A stretch of 64,000 nucleotides of DNA from a virus. How positions within the stretch are numbered: the stretch's first letter is position 1; every line of letters begins with the position of its first letter. Positions 1-9,174 of the stretch are shown in pieces. Location of the stretch: positions 16,292 to 80,291 of the IMG/VR virus record IMGVR_UViG_3300031576_000026; one strand, given 5' to 3'. Below the pieces are notes generated by a model. It saw only the letters and a list, made by a program, of their open reading frames with translations, did not search any database and was not told the origin of the DNA. A program made the position numbers and the translations under genes.

Positions 1-2
1 CT

Positions 3-443
3 GGTAGAATAAGAGTTGATACTGGCGCGACTATAATTGGTGGTGATCTTGAAGTTGCAATTGATCACACAGAAGACTCCATTCGACTAGGAGATGGAAC
101 TAGTTTTTTCACTTCCACTAGTGGTGGGGGTAAAGTTGGTTTAGATGTTAATGTTTTAGAGGCAAATACACCTCAAATATTTAACGTATCTATTCCTTTA
201 GCAAACACAGAAGTTTCACAGGCATTACCTACTGGAACTAAATATTTTTTAATAAGAGTGAGAGGAAGTTCTTCTCTTTTAAAATTGGCTTTTTCTGCGG
301 GAACTTCAGGAACTACATTTGTTGAAGTTAATAGAGGAACAGTATATTCCTCGCCCGTAGTAACAGCCGGATCAGTGACTTTATATTTTCAGACAACACA
401 AGCCAGTCAAACAGCTGAAATTTTAGTTTGGAAATTAGTTTAA
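3..443 (+). CDS. Virion structural protein, 5'-truncated (beta-rich)
   Basis: Frame 3 is open from the window edge (GRIRVDTGATIIGGDLEVAIDHTEDSIRLGDG...) to TAA at 443; the track's 258 start is internal. Confidence 0.6.
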   Translation, partial: GRIRVDTGATIIGGDLEVAIDHTEDSIRLGDGTSFFTSTSGGGKVGLDVNVLEANTPQIFNVSIPLANTEVSQALPTGTKYFLIRVRGSSSLLKLAFSAGTSGTTFVEVNRGTVYSSPVVTAGSVTLYFQTTQASQTAEILVWKLV

Positions 444-468
444 CATACAATGAGGAGATAAAATAATA

Positions 469-1398
469 ATGAGTGGTTTAACTAAAGATAAATTAATATT
501 AGATACAAGTAATCTAACAGAAAGCGATAACGTGGGTGCATATGTTAGATCATCTGATGGTACTTTAATTGATCACACCACTCTACTCGGCAAAGATGCT
601 TTAGATGTTCATCCAGTTGCTGATGGAGATAGTGGTGTTTTCACAGAAGATTCTGTTCATTCTTCTGGACACAGAGGTCAATTTGTGCTTTCTGTTCGCC
701 ATGATACTAATACAAGCCTGGTCGATGCTGATGGTGATTATGCACCTTTACAGGTTGATTCTGTCGGTAGACTTAAGGTTTCTGCTGATTTAGATGTCAC
801 AAGTTCATTCGAAAAAATTGAAGATAGTGCTCATGTATCAGGCGATACTGGTGCATATGTTTTAGCCGTTCGTCAAAATACTCTAACTTCTAGTGTTGAT
901 ATGGATGGTGATTATGCCTCCTTCAAATTAAATGATAGGGGAGCTTTATGGACTGTTCCTATTGGAACTGTTGCCGATGATGCTGTTGATACAGAAAATC
1001 CAGTTAAAGTTGGGTCTAGAGCATATTTTGGTGCTCCATTAGCAGCAATTTCAACTTCCGGAGACAGAGCTAACGTTCTTTCTGATAAATATCGAAGATT
1101 ATGGATAAATGATAGTTCTAATGTTCAGCTTAAAAGAGCACCAGTTACTGTCGGAACTTCTGCTGTTAATCTTGTTGCTTCTCCAATAGATAGTCGTAAG
1201 ATCTTTCTTGTACAAAATCTCGGAAATAAAGCAATTTTTATTGGTCATCATGTACCAATTACAGACGAATTAACAACATCTAATGGGTTTAGAATTGCAG
1301 CAGGTGCTACTATATCTTTAGAATTAGGACCAGATGTTTCTGCATACGCGATTTCTTCTGGTGCCGGACAAGATGTTAGATTATTAGAAGTTGGTTAA
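469..1398 (+). CDS. Virion structural protein (fibre/decoration-like) with internal duplication
   Basis: GAGGAG RBS; duplicated EDSxHxSG..G..VLxVR..DGDYA block; C-terminal beta domain shared with 1415-1726. Confidence 0.6.
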   Translation: MSGLTKDKLILDTSNLTESDNVGAYVRSSDGTLIDHTTLLGKDALDVHPVADGDSGVFTEDSVHSSGHRGQFVLSVRHDTNTSLVDADGDYAPLQVDSVGRLKVSADLDVTSSFEKIEDSAHVSGDTGAYVLAVRQNTLTSSVDMDGDYASFKLNDRGALWTVPIGTVADDAVDTENPVKVGSRAYFGAPLAAISTSGDRANVLSDKYRRLWINDSSNVQLKRAPVTVGTSAVNLVASPIDSRKIFLVQNLGNKAIFIGHHVPITDELTTSNGFRIAAGATISLELGPDVSAYAISSGAGQDVRLLEVG

Positions 1399-1414
1399 TT
1401 AAAGGTTATAATTT

Positions 1415-1726
1415 GTGGGCAATCTTTTCGAAAGTCCTGAATTTAGCGATGTTTTAAATGATTCTTATATTACAGGAACAGTCACTGCTACAACATCACA
1501 AATCGAACTTAAAGTTGGAGGAAGCCCCCTAGTGGGAAGAGAACTTTTAATTATTCATAATAATGGTTCTAAAGATATATGGATTGGTCCATCTGGAGTA
1601 ACAACATCCAATGGTATTCCTGTAGAAGATGGTGAAACTATCACTATTTCTGTTGGTCAAAATCTTAGTGTATATGCTATTACATCTAGTGGAACGGCAT
1701 CTGTTGTTGTACAAGAGTTGGGATAA
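1415..1726 (+). CDS. Small beta-rich virion protein, paralog of the C-terminal domain of 469-1398
   Basis: Shared NxGxKxIxIG...TTSNG...GxTI...YAIxS...ExG pattern. Confidence 0.55.
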   Translation: MGNLFESPEFSDVLNDSYITGTVTATTSQIELKVGGSPLVGRELLIIHNNGSKDIWIGPSGVTTSNGIPVEDGETITISVGQNLSVYAITSSGTASVVVQELG

Positions 1727-2292
1727 TGTTTAAAAAATTTATATCCAGATTTCGTATTAAGGGAGCAACGGATGGCACTTTAATAGGTAATGTCACTGAT
1801 CGCCTCAAAGTTGATACTGGATTAACTGGTCCATCTGGAAGTTTAACTTTAGCCACTTCCAAAAAACTCAGATATGTTGATATGAATGCTACCACTGGAG
1901 GTGTAGCCAGAGGTACTATATTAACTACTACAGAAACCACTTTGTTCGAATATATTGGTACTGGATTAGTTTTTGCATTTTTAGTAAATTTAGAAGAAAA
2001 GAAAGACTGGATAATAAGATTTAAAATAGATGGAGAAGCAATATTCACTTCTAGCGGTCTTCTGGTTAGTGATTTAGAAAGCAATAGAGCTTATGACTTA
2101 GATCATAATCATGACGAAGAAGCAGAATTAGTTGGAATAAGATTAGGTAAACACACCAAGTTTATTTGGTCAGGTCCATTGGAATTCCCAATACGATATG
2201 ACCAGTCTGTCAAAATAACTATTCAAAGAGTTTCTGGTAAACCGAATAAGAAATTTACTGGAGGATTTATTATTTTAACTCAGGAAACCTAA
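1726..2292 (+). CDS. Putative virion structural protein
   Basis: TAATG coupling, beta-rich composition, structural gene context. Confidence 0.45.
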   Translation: MFKKFISRFRIKGATDGTLIGNVTDRLKVDTGLTGPSGSLTLATSKKLRYVDMNATTGGVARGTILTTTETTLFEYIGTGLVFAFLVNLEEKKDWIIRFKIDGEAIFTSSGLLVSDLESNRAYDLDHNHDEEAELVGIRLGKHTKFIWSGPLEFPIRYDQSVKITIQRVSGKPNKKFTGGFIILTQET

Positions 2293-3197
2293 TGATTGTA
2301 TCATGGTCACAATTAAAAAGTTTTGTTGATAGTAAAAATCTTTCTATTCAATGGATTGATGTGGATGATTATTATCTTCTTTTGGCTTTTGATGGTATTT
2401 TTACTCTTGAGACAAGACTTGATAAATTTCCCACAGATAATACGAACCTAACTGATTTTGAAACTAATTACAAATCACTTGGTAATAAAAAGATACAAAC
2501 TCAAGATTCATCAATGAGATTTGGATATAAATCCACAACCAGTATTACAAAAACAGCTATTCAAGCAACTGCATATACTGAACAAACTACCAATGGCCGA
2601 CGTTCTTTTAAATCCACTTCAGCCAATGATATAACAGGTGGAACAGGAGCGAGAAACGTAAAACTTACTTATTATGATAGTAATGTTAATGGACCATTTA
2701 CTGAGACTATCACATTAAATGGTCTAACTGCTGTTAATACAGTAGCTACAAATATTTGTTTAATAGAAAAATTAGAAGTATTTGAAGTAGGTTCAACCGG
2801 AGGTAATGCTGGTGCAATTAATCTTTATACCGGAATTAATGGAACAGGAACTATTTTCGTTTCTATCGCTATTCAAGATAATATGACTTATTTTGCTCAT
2901 CACTATATTCCTAAAAATAAAACTATGTATCTCCTAACCATCGCCGGTTCTTCAAAAGGTAATAATTATTTACTGGACGGAGTAAAACGAGAGTTATCAC
3001 AACCAGTAAGTGCGATATCTTATGCATCTTATAATTCAACAGGAACTCTTAGGGTTTATAATACAGCCAGAGCGATGCAATATATATTAATAAATCCATT
3101 TTTAATTGTTGGTCCAGCAAAATTTACATTATTCGTAAAGGCAGATTCGACAACTGCTGGGACTATTCATGGAGATTTTACTTTTTATGAGGTTTAA
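2292..3197 (+). CDS. Putative virion structural protein (N-terminal module shared with 3839-4447)
   Basis: MIVSW..KSFV...LSIQWI...FDG...TDFETNYK..GNK N-terminus; T/G-rich C-terminus. Confidence 0.5.
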   Translation: MIVSWSQLKSFVDSKNLSIQWIDVDDYYLLLAFDGIFTLETRLDKFPTDNTNLTDFETNYKSLGNKKIQTQDSSMRFGYKSTTSITKTAIQATAYTEQTTNGRRSFKSTSANDITGGTGARNVKLTYYDSNVNGPFTETITLNGLTAVNTVATNICLIEKLEVFEVGSTGGNAGAINLYTGINGTGTIFVSIAIQDNMTYFAHHYIPKNKTMYLLTIAGSSKGNNYLLDGVKRELSQPVSAISYASYNSTGTLRVYNTARAMQYILINPFLIVGPAKFTLFVKADSTTAGTIHGDFTFYEV

Positions 3198-3199
3198 AA

Positions 3200-3835
3200 A
3201 TGGCTAATACATTTACGATGAGATCTGCCTTAGGTAGCGGAAGATATAGATTATATGACGCTATTTTACCTGTAGATACATTGTTAAATGTTTCTGCTAT
3301 TATTTTATCTTGTGGGGGAGCTGATCCTGAATGGGAAATATATTTTGATAAAATTGTAAATGATTTGGCCAAACCAAATCAACCTTCTTTAACTGCGGTA
3401 ACTACGGGTGGGACTATTCCCAGAAGCACGAAATTATTTGTTAGAATAACTACAGTGGATGTGAATGGGGCAGAAGGAATCCCTACTGACGGCCATAAAA
3501 CCATAACCACTGGTGCATCTACTGATACAAACAAAGTTACTGTATCATGGTCTTCTATATCTGGTTCTTCTAGTTATAATGTTTATGCTGGGGGTTTATC
3601 TGGAAGAGAGTCTTTTGTGGGCAATACAGTATCTACATCATTGGTAATAGTTGATATGCCCGGTGAAGCTCTACAGGCTATACCAACCACACCAGATATA
3701 CACATAATTGGTAAAAAGGGAGGGGTAGAGCCCATTCCTTTAAGCGGTTCTGGTCTTACGGTTAGTTCAAGACTGATTGTATATGTCACAATTTCTGCTG
3801 GGGGTGATCCAGCGGTTTCAATTTTGTCGGTATAA
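3200..3835 (+). CDS. Virion protein with fibronectin type III/Ig-like domain
   Basis: VRITTVDVNGAEG...VTVSWSSISGSSSYNVY, an FN3-like pattern. Confidence 0.55.
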   Translation: MANTFTMRSALGSGRYRLYDAILPVDTLLNVSAIILSCGGADPEWEIYFDKIVNDLAKPNQPSLTAVTTGGTIPRSTKLFVRITTVDVNGAEGIPTDGHKTITTGASTDTNKVTVSWSSISGSSSYNVYAGGLSGRESFVGNTVSTSLVIVDMPGEALQAIPTTPDIHIIGKKGGVEPIPLSGSGLTVSSRLIVYVTISAGGDPAVSILSV

Positions 3836-3838
3836 CTT

Positions 3839-4447
3839 ATGGTAGTATCTTGGAATGTTATTAAATCTTTCGTGATTAATAGAGCGCTTTCTATTCAATG
3901 GATCGAAATAGAAAATAAATATTGGCTTAAGGTATTCGATGGCCCGTTTTTCCTTGAGTGTATTTTAAATAAGGGTATAGAAGCAGAAAATGTAACTGAT
4001 TTTGAAACCAATTACAAACCATATGGTAACAAATCACCAACCACCAAAGTAATACAGCAATTGGGAAAGGATTCCTATAACTTAAATACAAGAGCATATG
4101 ATTTTATAGCAACAAAACAAACATCTACAACACATTATTTTTTATTAAGTTCTTCACAAACGATTGCAATTAAAGGAGGAGTTTTATTTTCTGATAATAG
4201 CGCCTGGAAAGATTATATTATCGTGGAGATTGAAGATAAGGATGGTGTATATTTTCCGGCAGGTACCGTGATTGCTGGATACATACAGAAATGGTTTGTA
4301 TTTAAAAGTGTGGTTAATGAAGTTGATGATATATCAATTGCTGAGATACCTGCAGGTTTATATTTAAAAGTCATTTATGTGTCTGATAATTCTGCAACAG
4401 AAGATGCTAAAATTTTATTAAATCTATATTCTTATACATTGGGATAA
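3839..4447 (+). CDS. Putative virion structural protein (paralogous N-terminus with 2292-3197)
   Basis: MVVSW..KSFV...LSIQWI...FDG...TDFETNYK..GNK. Confidence 0.5.
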   Translation: MVVSWNVIKSFVINRALSIQWIEIENKYWLKVFDGPFFLECILNKGIEAENVTDFETNYKPYGNKSPTTKVIQQLGKDSYNLNTRAYDFIATKQTSTTHYFLLSSSQTIAIKGGVLFSDNSAWKDYIIVEIEDKDGVYFPAGTVIAGYIQKWFVFKSVVNEVDDISIAEIPAGLYLKVIYVSDNSATEDAKILLNLYSYTLG

Positions 4448-4450
4448 ATT

Positions 4451-5266
4451 ATGAAAACAGCATTGATATTATCTGGGGGTGGTTCTAAGGGTTCTTTCCA
4501 ATTTGGCGTATTAAAATATCTAATAGAACGCGGATTTACTCCAAATGCCGTATATGGTACTTCAGTAGGTGCATTAAATGCTGCTGGATACGGATATCAA
4601 AATATAGGGGGATTAGAAGAGGTTTGGAATAATATTAAGGGGAAATCAGATATTCTTAAATTTAACTGGTCTAGTTTTATTTTACGATCAACTGGTCTTT
4701 ATAATACCAAGCCCCTAAGAAAAATCCTAGAAAAAAATATCATAGGTCAGCCCATTTGTGATGTTTATGCTTGTAAGGTTAATTTATTAACCGGAGATAT
4801 TGTTTACAGTAAACATACGGATTCTGATTTTATCAGTTCTGTTGAAGCTTCTGCTTCCATTCCTGGTATTATGTCACCCGTGGATGATGAATGGGTAGAT
4901 GGTGGGATTAGGGAACAAACACCTTTAAAACAAGCAATATTGGATGGAGCTAAAAAAATCATAGTCGTTCTATGTAATCCTTGGGAATATAATCCAGTAA
5001 AAACTAAGTGTGGTAATTGGTTGCAAAATTCTCTACGGGCTGTTGATATTTTATCACATGAAAATTTTCTTAGTGATATTTCTTTATGTTTAGAAAAAAA
5101 TAAAGATTCGGAATATGAGTATATTAAAATGGAGATTTATGCCCCACTGCAACATTTAAATGACGCTTTAGATTTTTCTCCAGATAAAATCAAAGAAAAC
5201 ATAAAACTCGGTTATGAAACCGCCCAACTTGGACCTCTTAAAACGGATAAAAATTATGCACTATAA
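4451..5266 (+). CDS. Patatin-like phospholipase
   Basis: GGGSKG glycine loop, GTSVG nucleophile elbow, DGG catalytic Asp motif. Confidence 0.92.
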   Translation: MKTALILSGGGSKGSFQFGVLKYLIERGFTPNAVYGTSVGALNAAGYGYQNIGGLEEVWNNIKGKSDILKFNWSSFILRSTGLYNTKPLRKILEKNIIGQPICDVYACKVNLLTGDIVYSKHTDSDFISSVEASASIPGIMSPVDDEWVDGGIREQTPLKQAILDGAKKIIVVLCNPWEYNPVKTKCGNWLQNSLRAVDILSHENFLSDISLCLEKNKDSEYEYIKMEIYAPLQHLNDALDFSPDKIKENIKLGYETAQLGPLKTDKNYAL

Positions 5267-5483
5267 TAAACAATCACTAGTTAATGCAGATAATCTTATT
5301 AAAATTATTAAAAGAGCTAAATTTGAATTGACAGGAATAGAAGCACTGGCTTTTGCTGAATCTTGTCGATGGTTTAATGAATTATATAAAGAAATAGAAT
5401 TTGAAGTGAATAAACCTAATTTACAAATGAATGAGGTCAAAGATCCTCTAAGCCAAGACAAAAAATCAAAGAAAAATAAATAG
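5256..5483 (+). CDS. Hypothetical protein
   Basis: ORF 5214-5483; likely start MHYNKQ overlapping the patatin end. Confidence 0.5.
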   Translation: MHYNKQSLVNADNLIKIIKRAKFELTGIEALAFAESCRWFNELYKEIEFEVNKPNLQMNEVKDPLSQDKKSKKNK

Positions 5484-5603
5484 TTATGAAACTAAAATTT
5501 AAACATCAAGAAAAATATAAACCATTCAAAAATACCAAACAACTATTATTGATGAGTAGTATTTTACACATATTATCACTTCTCACAATATTACACGTAT
5601 TTT

Positions 5604-6350
5604 ATGCTTAAAAAATGGCTAAAACATGGCATATTATACTTAACGATGGGATCTTTCCTATATTTTTATTTTAATCTACATCAATGGAAACACAATACAA
5701 CAAGAAATTATGCAGATAAAAGAATTGTCAAACTTTTATCAAAAAATAGGAACAGGGGCGGAACGGGTGTTCATATAAAATTACCAAGTGGAAAAACAGC
5801 AATTCTAACTAATAGTCATGTATGTGAGAGTTTATTAAAAAATGACGGGATTTTTGTTGAATATAGCCCCGAACGATTACTACCAAAGAGAATTATTGAA
5901 ATTTCCGATGATACCGATTTATGTTTAGTAGAGCCCGTAGAAGGAATTAAAGGTTTAAAATTAGCCTCAAATGCCTATAATGGGGAACTGGTCTCGGCTT
6001 TGGGATTTCCCAATCTAAACCCATTGACAATGGTTGAAGGAGAATTAGTCGAAAAAAAACCCATATTAGTTTTAGATCATATTATTGATGTTGATGACCC
6101 AGATGATACGTGTTCTCTACCCAAGAATAAAAAAGATAAGATAAATTATTGGTTTACGGAAGTAGAAGCGTGTTTTACTAACATAGATGCTTATTGGACA
6201 ACCCTTGTTGTTAGACCTGGTAACTCTGGGAGCCCCGTTTTAAATAAATGGGGAAATGTTGTGGGATTAATTTTTGCTGGAGATCAAAGAACTGGATGGG
6301 GAGCTGCTATTCCATTAGAACAAATAAAAGATTTTATTAAACCCTATTAA
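5604..6350 (+). CDS. Trypsin-like (S1) serine protease with N-terminal membrane anchor
   Basis: LTNSHV (His), DLCLV (Asp), PGNSGSPV (Ser); hydrophobic N-terminus. Confidence 0.9.
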   Translation: MLKKWLKHGILYLTMGSFLYFYFNLHQWKHNTTRNYADKRIVKLLSKNRNRGGTGVHIKLPSGKTAILTNSHVCESLLKNDGIFVEYSPERLLPKRIIEISDDTDLCLVEPVEGIKGLKLASNAYNGELVSALGFPNLNPLTMVEGELVEKKPILVLDHIIDVDDPDDTCSLPKNKKDKINYWFTEVEACFTNIDAYWTTLVVRPGNSGSPVLNKWGNVVGLIFAGDQRTGWGAAIPLEQIKDFIKPY

Positions 6351-6374
6351 GTATGCCTCAAATGGAGATATATA

Positions 6375-6698
6375 ATGGCTGATGAAGATGCTAAATTGAG
6401 AGAAATAATTAGGAAAAGACAAAAGATACAAGACGAACAATTAAGAAGACAAGCCTTAGAAGGATTAATGGATATAAGTGGAGTAACTGGAGAAAAATTA
6501 CCAGATCTCCCCCCTGCACAAGAGTTATATACAGATCCCTATAGGACACCAGATTCAGAATCTAGTGATATAGAAATAAGAAGATTGCGGGCTAGTCCAT
6601 GGAAATTTGTGCAAAAACGTTTAGTAGAGAGTGATGAAGAAAGAATAAAAAGACTGGTAAAACTAAGGGCTTTATTAAGAAAAGCCAGGGAAGAATAA
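6375..6698 (+). CDS. Hypothetical charged protein
   Basis: GGAG RBS, 107-aa ORF. Confidence 0.6.
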   Translation: MADEDAKLREIIRKRQKIQDEQLRRQALEGLMDISGVTGEKLPDLPPAQELYTDPYRTPDSESSDIEIRRLRASPWKFVQKRLVESDEERIKRLVKLRALLRKAREE

Positions 6699-6714
6699 TA
6701 AATTAACTTTAATT

Positions 6715-7014
6715 ATGCCTGATTTTAATAAAATAAAAAAATTTATAAAGATCCCCGTTCTGGATATACCAGAAACTTATTTAGAAGAGTATCTACAAAC
6801 TCTTTTTGATCCTAGATTAGGTTTCGAAAATGCAGATCCCTTTGTATCTCCTTTACATCTTGAAAAATTAGATAATCAATATATTTCTCCTCTTCCTAGG
6901 GTGTATCAAGAACCTGCAGGACCCGAAGATGAAGGTTATTTAAAATCTTACGAACCTACCCCAGAAGAAATGACTTTATTGCGATTGATAAAACAACGTA
7001 AAATAGAAATATAA
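6715..7014 (+). CDS. Hypothetical protein
   Basis: 99-aa ORF in operon context. Confidence 0.55.
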   Translation: MPDFNKIKKFIKIPVLDIPETYLEEYLQTLFDPRLGFENADPFVSPLHLEKLDNQYISPLPRVYQEPAGPEDEGYLKSYEPTPEEMTLLRLIKQRKIEI

Positions 7015-7015
7015 T

Positions 7016-7144
7016 ATGGCAATTGCTAATATATTCCAATCATTAAAACCACTTTTTAAAGAAACATATTCTAAATCTTTAACTTCTCCTATGAACTCTA
7101 ACTATTGGAAAAAGATAAAACAACTACTAAAACCTAAAAAATAG
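7016..7144 (+). CDS. 42-aa peptide not in ORF track (MAIANIFQSLKPLFKETYSK...WKKIKQLLKPKK)
   Basis: ATG 1 nt after upstream TAA; fills the gap; N-terminus resembles the MCP N-terminus. Confidence 0.6.
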   Translation: MAIANIFQSLKPLFKETYSKSLTSPMNSNYWKKIKQLLKPKK

Positions 7145-7148
7145 AAAT

Positions 7149-7158
7149 TTAACAACTA
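7149..7158 (+). promoter_or_regulatory. Candidate late promoter motif TTAACAACTA (copy 1)
   Basis: Exact 10-mer found in five + strand intergenic gaps. Confidence 0.6.
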
Positions 7159-7175
7159 ACTATAGAGGCTATTAT

Positions 7176-7346
7176 ATGGCTAAACCAAAATTAGGTTCTG
7201 GTGAGCGCTTTAAAAAGCTTAAAGAGAAGCTAGAAAAACGAGGAGCAAAAAGCCCTGGTGCTTTGGCCTCGTGGCTGGGACGTAAAAAATTTGGAAAGTC
7301 TCGCTTCCAAAAACTAGCAGCCGTTGGGAAAAAAAGAGCCAAATAA
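7176..7346 (+). CDS. 56-aa small basic protein not in ORF track (MAKPKLGSGERFKKLKEKL...GALASWLGRKKFGK)
   Basis: GAGG RBS, clean ORF, K/G/A-rich, typical of small head-associated phage proteins. Confidence 0.75.
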   Translation: MAKPKLGSGERFKKLKEKLEKRGAKSPGALASWLGRKKFGKSRFQKLAAVGKKRAK

Positions 7347-7357
7347 ATTAACCGAAA

Positions 7358-7418
7358 TGATTCTATCCGAAAGGACGAATCACTTTTAATATATCCCTAA
7401 CCGGACTATCTAAAGGAG
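7358..7418 (+). promoter_or_regulatory. Tandem hairpin leader upstream of scaffold gene
   Basis: TGATTC-TA-TCC-GAAA-GGA-C-GAATCA, ATA-TA-TCC-CTAACC-GGA-C-TAT, and a degenerate TA-TCT-AAA-GGA-G over the RBS. Confidence 0.45.
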
Positions 7419-7424
7419 AAAAAC

Positions 7425-8495
7425 ATGTCTGAAACTAATACCGCACCTTCGACAGTAGTTGAAGAATCTCCCCCTACACAACGAGAATCTCAATCAACAG
7501 AACAAGAATCTAAAGAAAGTTCTTCCACAGAGCAATTATCTCAAAAAATCCAAGATAATTCTAATCATGAACTCAGTACTGAAGAAATTTCTAGGGCTGA
7601 ATCCCTATTAAGCAAAGATGAAAAGGATTTAACATCTTCTGATGTTAAATATTTAGAAGATCTTGAAAAAAGAGTCACTGATACAGAAAAACAACAGAAA
7701 AGGCTTAAAAGGGTTAAGTTAAAAGTAGATCAAAAAGAGTTTGAGGAAGAACTTCCCTTTGAAATACCCGATGATCCAGAATCTTTAGATTACATAACAC
7801 GTAATTTACAACTAGCTAAAATGGGTCAATCTAGGGCACAACAATATAGCCAACTAGAAAAAGAAGTTAAAGCTTTTATAGAGGAATTAAAAAAAGATCC
7901 CGTAAAAATCCTATCAAGTCCTGAATTTGGGGTAGATGTTAAAAAACTAGCAGCTAAAGTTATTGAAGATGAAATCGCTGCTTCTCAAAAATCTCCAGAA
8001 CAATTAGAAAAAGAAAAGATAGAATCCGAATTAAAAGCTCTTAAAGAAGAGAGAGAAAAAGAAAAAAAGGTAAATGAGGAGAGAGATTTTGAACGGGCAA
8101 CAGAAAAAGCATATGAAGAATACGATAAGATGATTACAGACGCTTTGGGTAAATCCGATCTTCCGACTACTCCCTATACAATCAAAAAAATTGCTGATTA
8201 TATGCTTCTAGGACTACAAGAAGGTTATAGCATAGTTCCCGAAGATGTTATTCCTCTGGTTAAAGAAGAAATGCATAAAGATTTAAAGGATATGTTTAAT
8301 GTTATGCCCGATGATGTTATAGAGCAACTAGTTGGAAAAGATGTATTGAGTCGTATTAGGAAGAGGAATGTTGCTAAAGCTAAAGAAGCTCCACCCCAAC
8401 CAGCTAATAAAACTGTTCAAGATGTGGGAAAAGCCTCTGAAAAGAAGGTTGATGATGCCAGTAAAAAATCTTTTAGAGAGTTTTTTGGGGTATAA
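7425..8495 (+). CDS. Capsid scaffolding protein
   Basis: Disordered acidic N-terminus, E/K coiled coil, short aromatic C-terminal tail, upstream of MCP; AAGGAG RBS. Confidence 0.7.
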   Translation: MSETNTAPSTVVEESPPTQRESQSTEQESKESSSTEQLSQKIQDNSNHELSTEEISRAESLLSKDEKDLTSSDVKYLEDLEKRVTDTEKQQKRLKRVKLKVDQKEFEEELPFEIPDDPESLDYITRNLQLAKMGQSRAQQYSQLEKEVKAFIEELKKDPVKILSSPEFGVDVKKLAAKVIEDEIAASQKSPEQLEKEKIESELKALKEEREKEKKVNEERDFERATEKAYEEYDKMITDALGKSDLPTTPYTIKKIADYMLLGLQEGYSIVPEDVIPLVKEEMHKDLKDMFNVMPDDVIEQLVGKDVLSRIRKRNVAKAKEAPPQPANKTVQDVGKASEKKVDDASKKSFREFFGV

Positions 8496-8535
8496 GCTTC
8501 TGTATTTATTTTAGATTTTGATAAATAGTTTATTT

Positions 8536-8545
8536 TTAACAACTA
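8536..8545 (+). promoter_or_regulatory. Candidate late promoter motif TTAACAACTA (copy 2)
   Basis: Exact motif upstream of the capsid operon. Confidence 0.6.
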
Positions 8546-8560
8546 TTTAATGAAAGTTTA

Positions 8561-8664
8561 GCATTTATTATTCTATTAGACTCGGCATTACCTAAATTAG
8601 GGTGCTGATATCCAAGATAGAAAAGAATAATGCACATGACAGTAAGATAAATAGGTTATCTTAC
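8561..8664 (+). promoter_or_regulatory. Structured 5' leader of capsid operon
   Basis: Long interrupted hairpin 8561-8633 and perfect 9-bp hairpin GTAAGATAA/TTATCTTAC 8642-8664. Confidence 0.45.
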
Positions 8665-8694
8665 ATTAACAATCTATCTTGAGGATAATTAAAT

Positions 8695-9162
8695 ATGTCA
8701 TCCTACTATGGAAAACAAGAATTGGTAATGGGATCACAGCTTAAGGTTCAATCCCTATCTCTACACTTTTTCATTGATGGTGATGCGGTTGCGGCTAACG
8801 TAAAGCATCGACCTGATGAACCTGCGGTTCTGTTTCTTAAAACAGAGGGTGTAGATGATGTAACTAGCTCTACCGGAGCACTTGATTCTGGTGAAGCTTC
8901 TCCGACTTTTACAGCACCAAGTAATGCTATGGGCAAATTTGGCTGTCTTATTAAAGTTGGTGAAAAAATTAAAAGGGTAGTCTCTGCTATGGCAGTGAGA
9001 CAAGATTCACCTGAGGTGGTATCTTGCACTCTTGCTAATAGTACTGGCTTATCAGCAAATGGCGATAAAATCGTACTAAATGTTGATAGTGCTGCAGATC
9101 TTGCTGCTGGAGATTATCGTGGCGCAATTGAAATCCACTATGTTGTGGATGAACAAGCTTAA
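8695..9162 (+). CDS. Putative head decoration/minor capsid protein
   Basis: Between scaffold and MCP, beta-rich, GAGGA RBS. Confidence 0.5.
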   Translation: MSSYYGKQELVMGSQLKVQSLSLHFFIDGDAVAANVKHRPDEPAVLFLKTEGVDDVTSSTGALDSGEASPTFTAPSNAMGKFGCLIKVGEKIKRVVSAMAVRQDSPEVVSCTLANSTGLSANGDKIVLNVDSAADLAAGDYRGAIEIHYVVDEQA

Positions 9163-9174
9163 TGAGGGATTAAT

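Noticed and set aside
4451-5266. CBASS CapV effector
   Set aside because: No CD-NTase or other CBASS genes nearby
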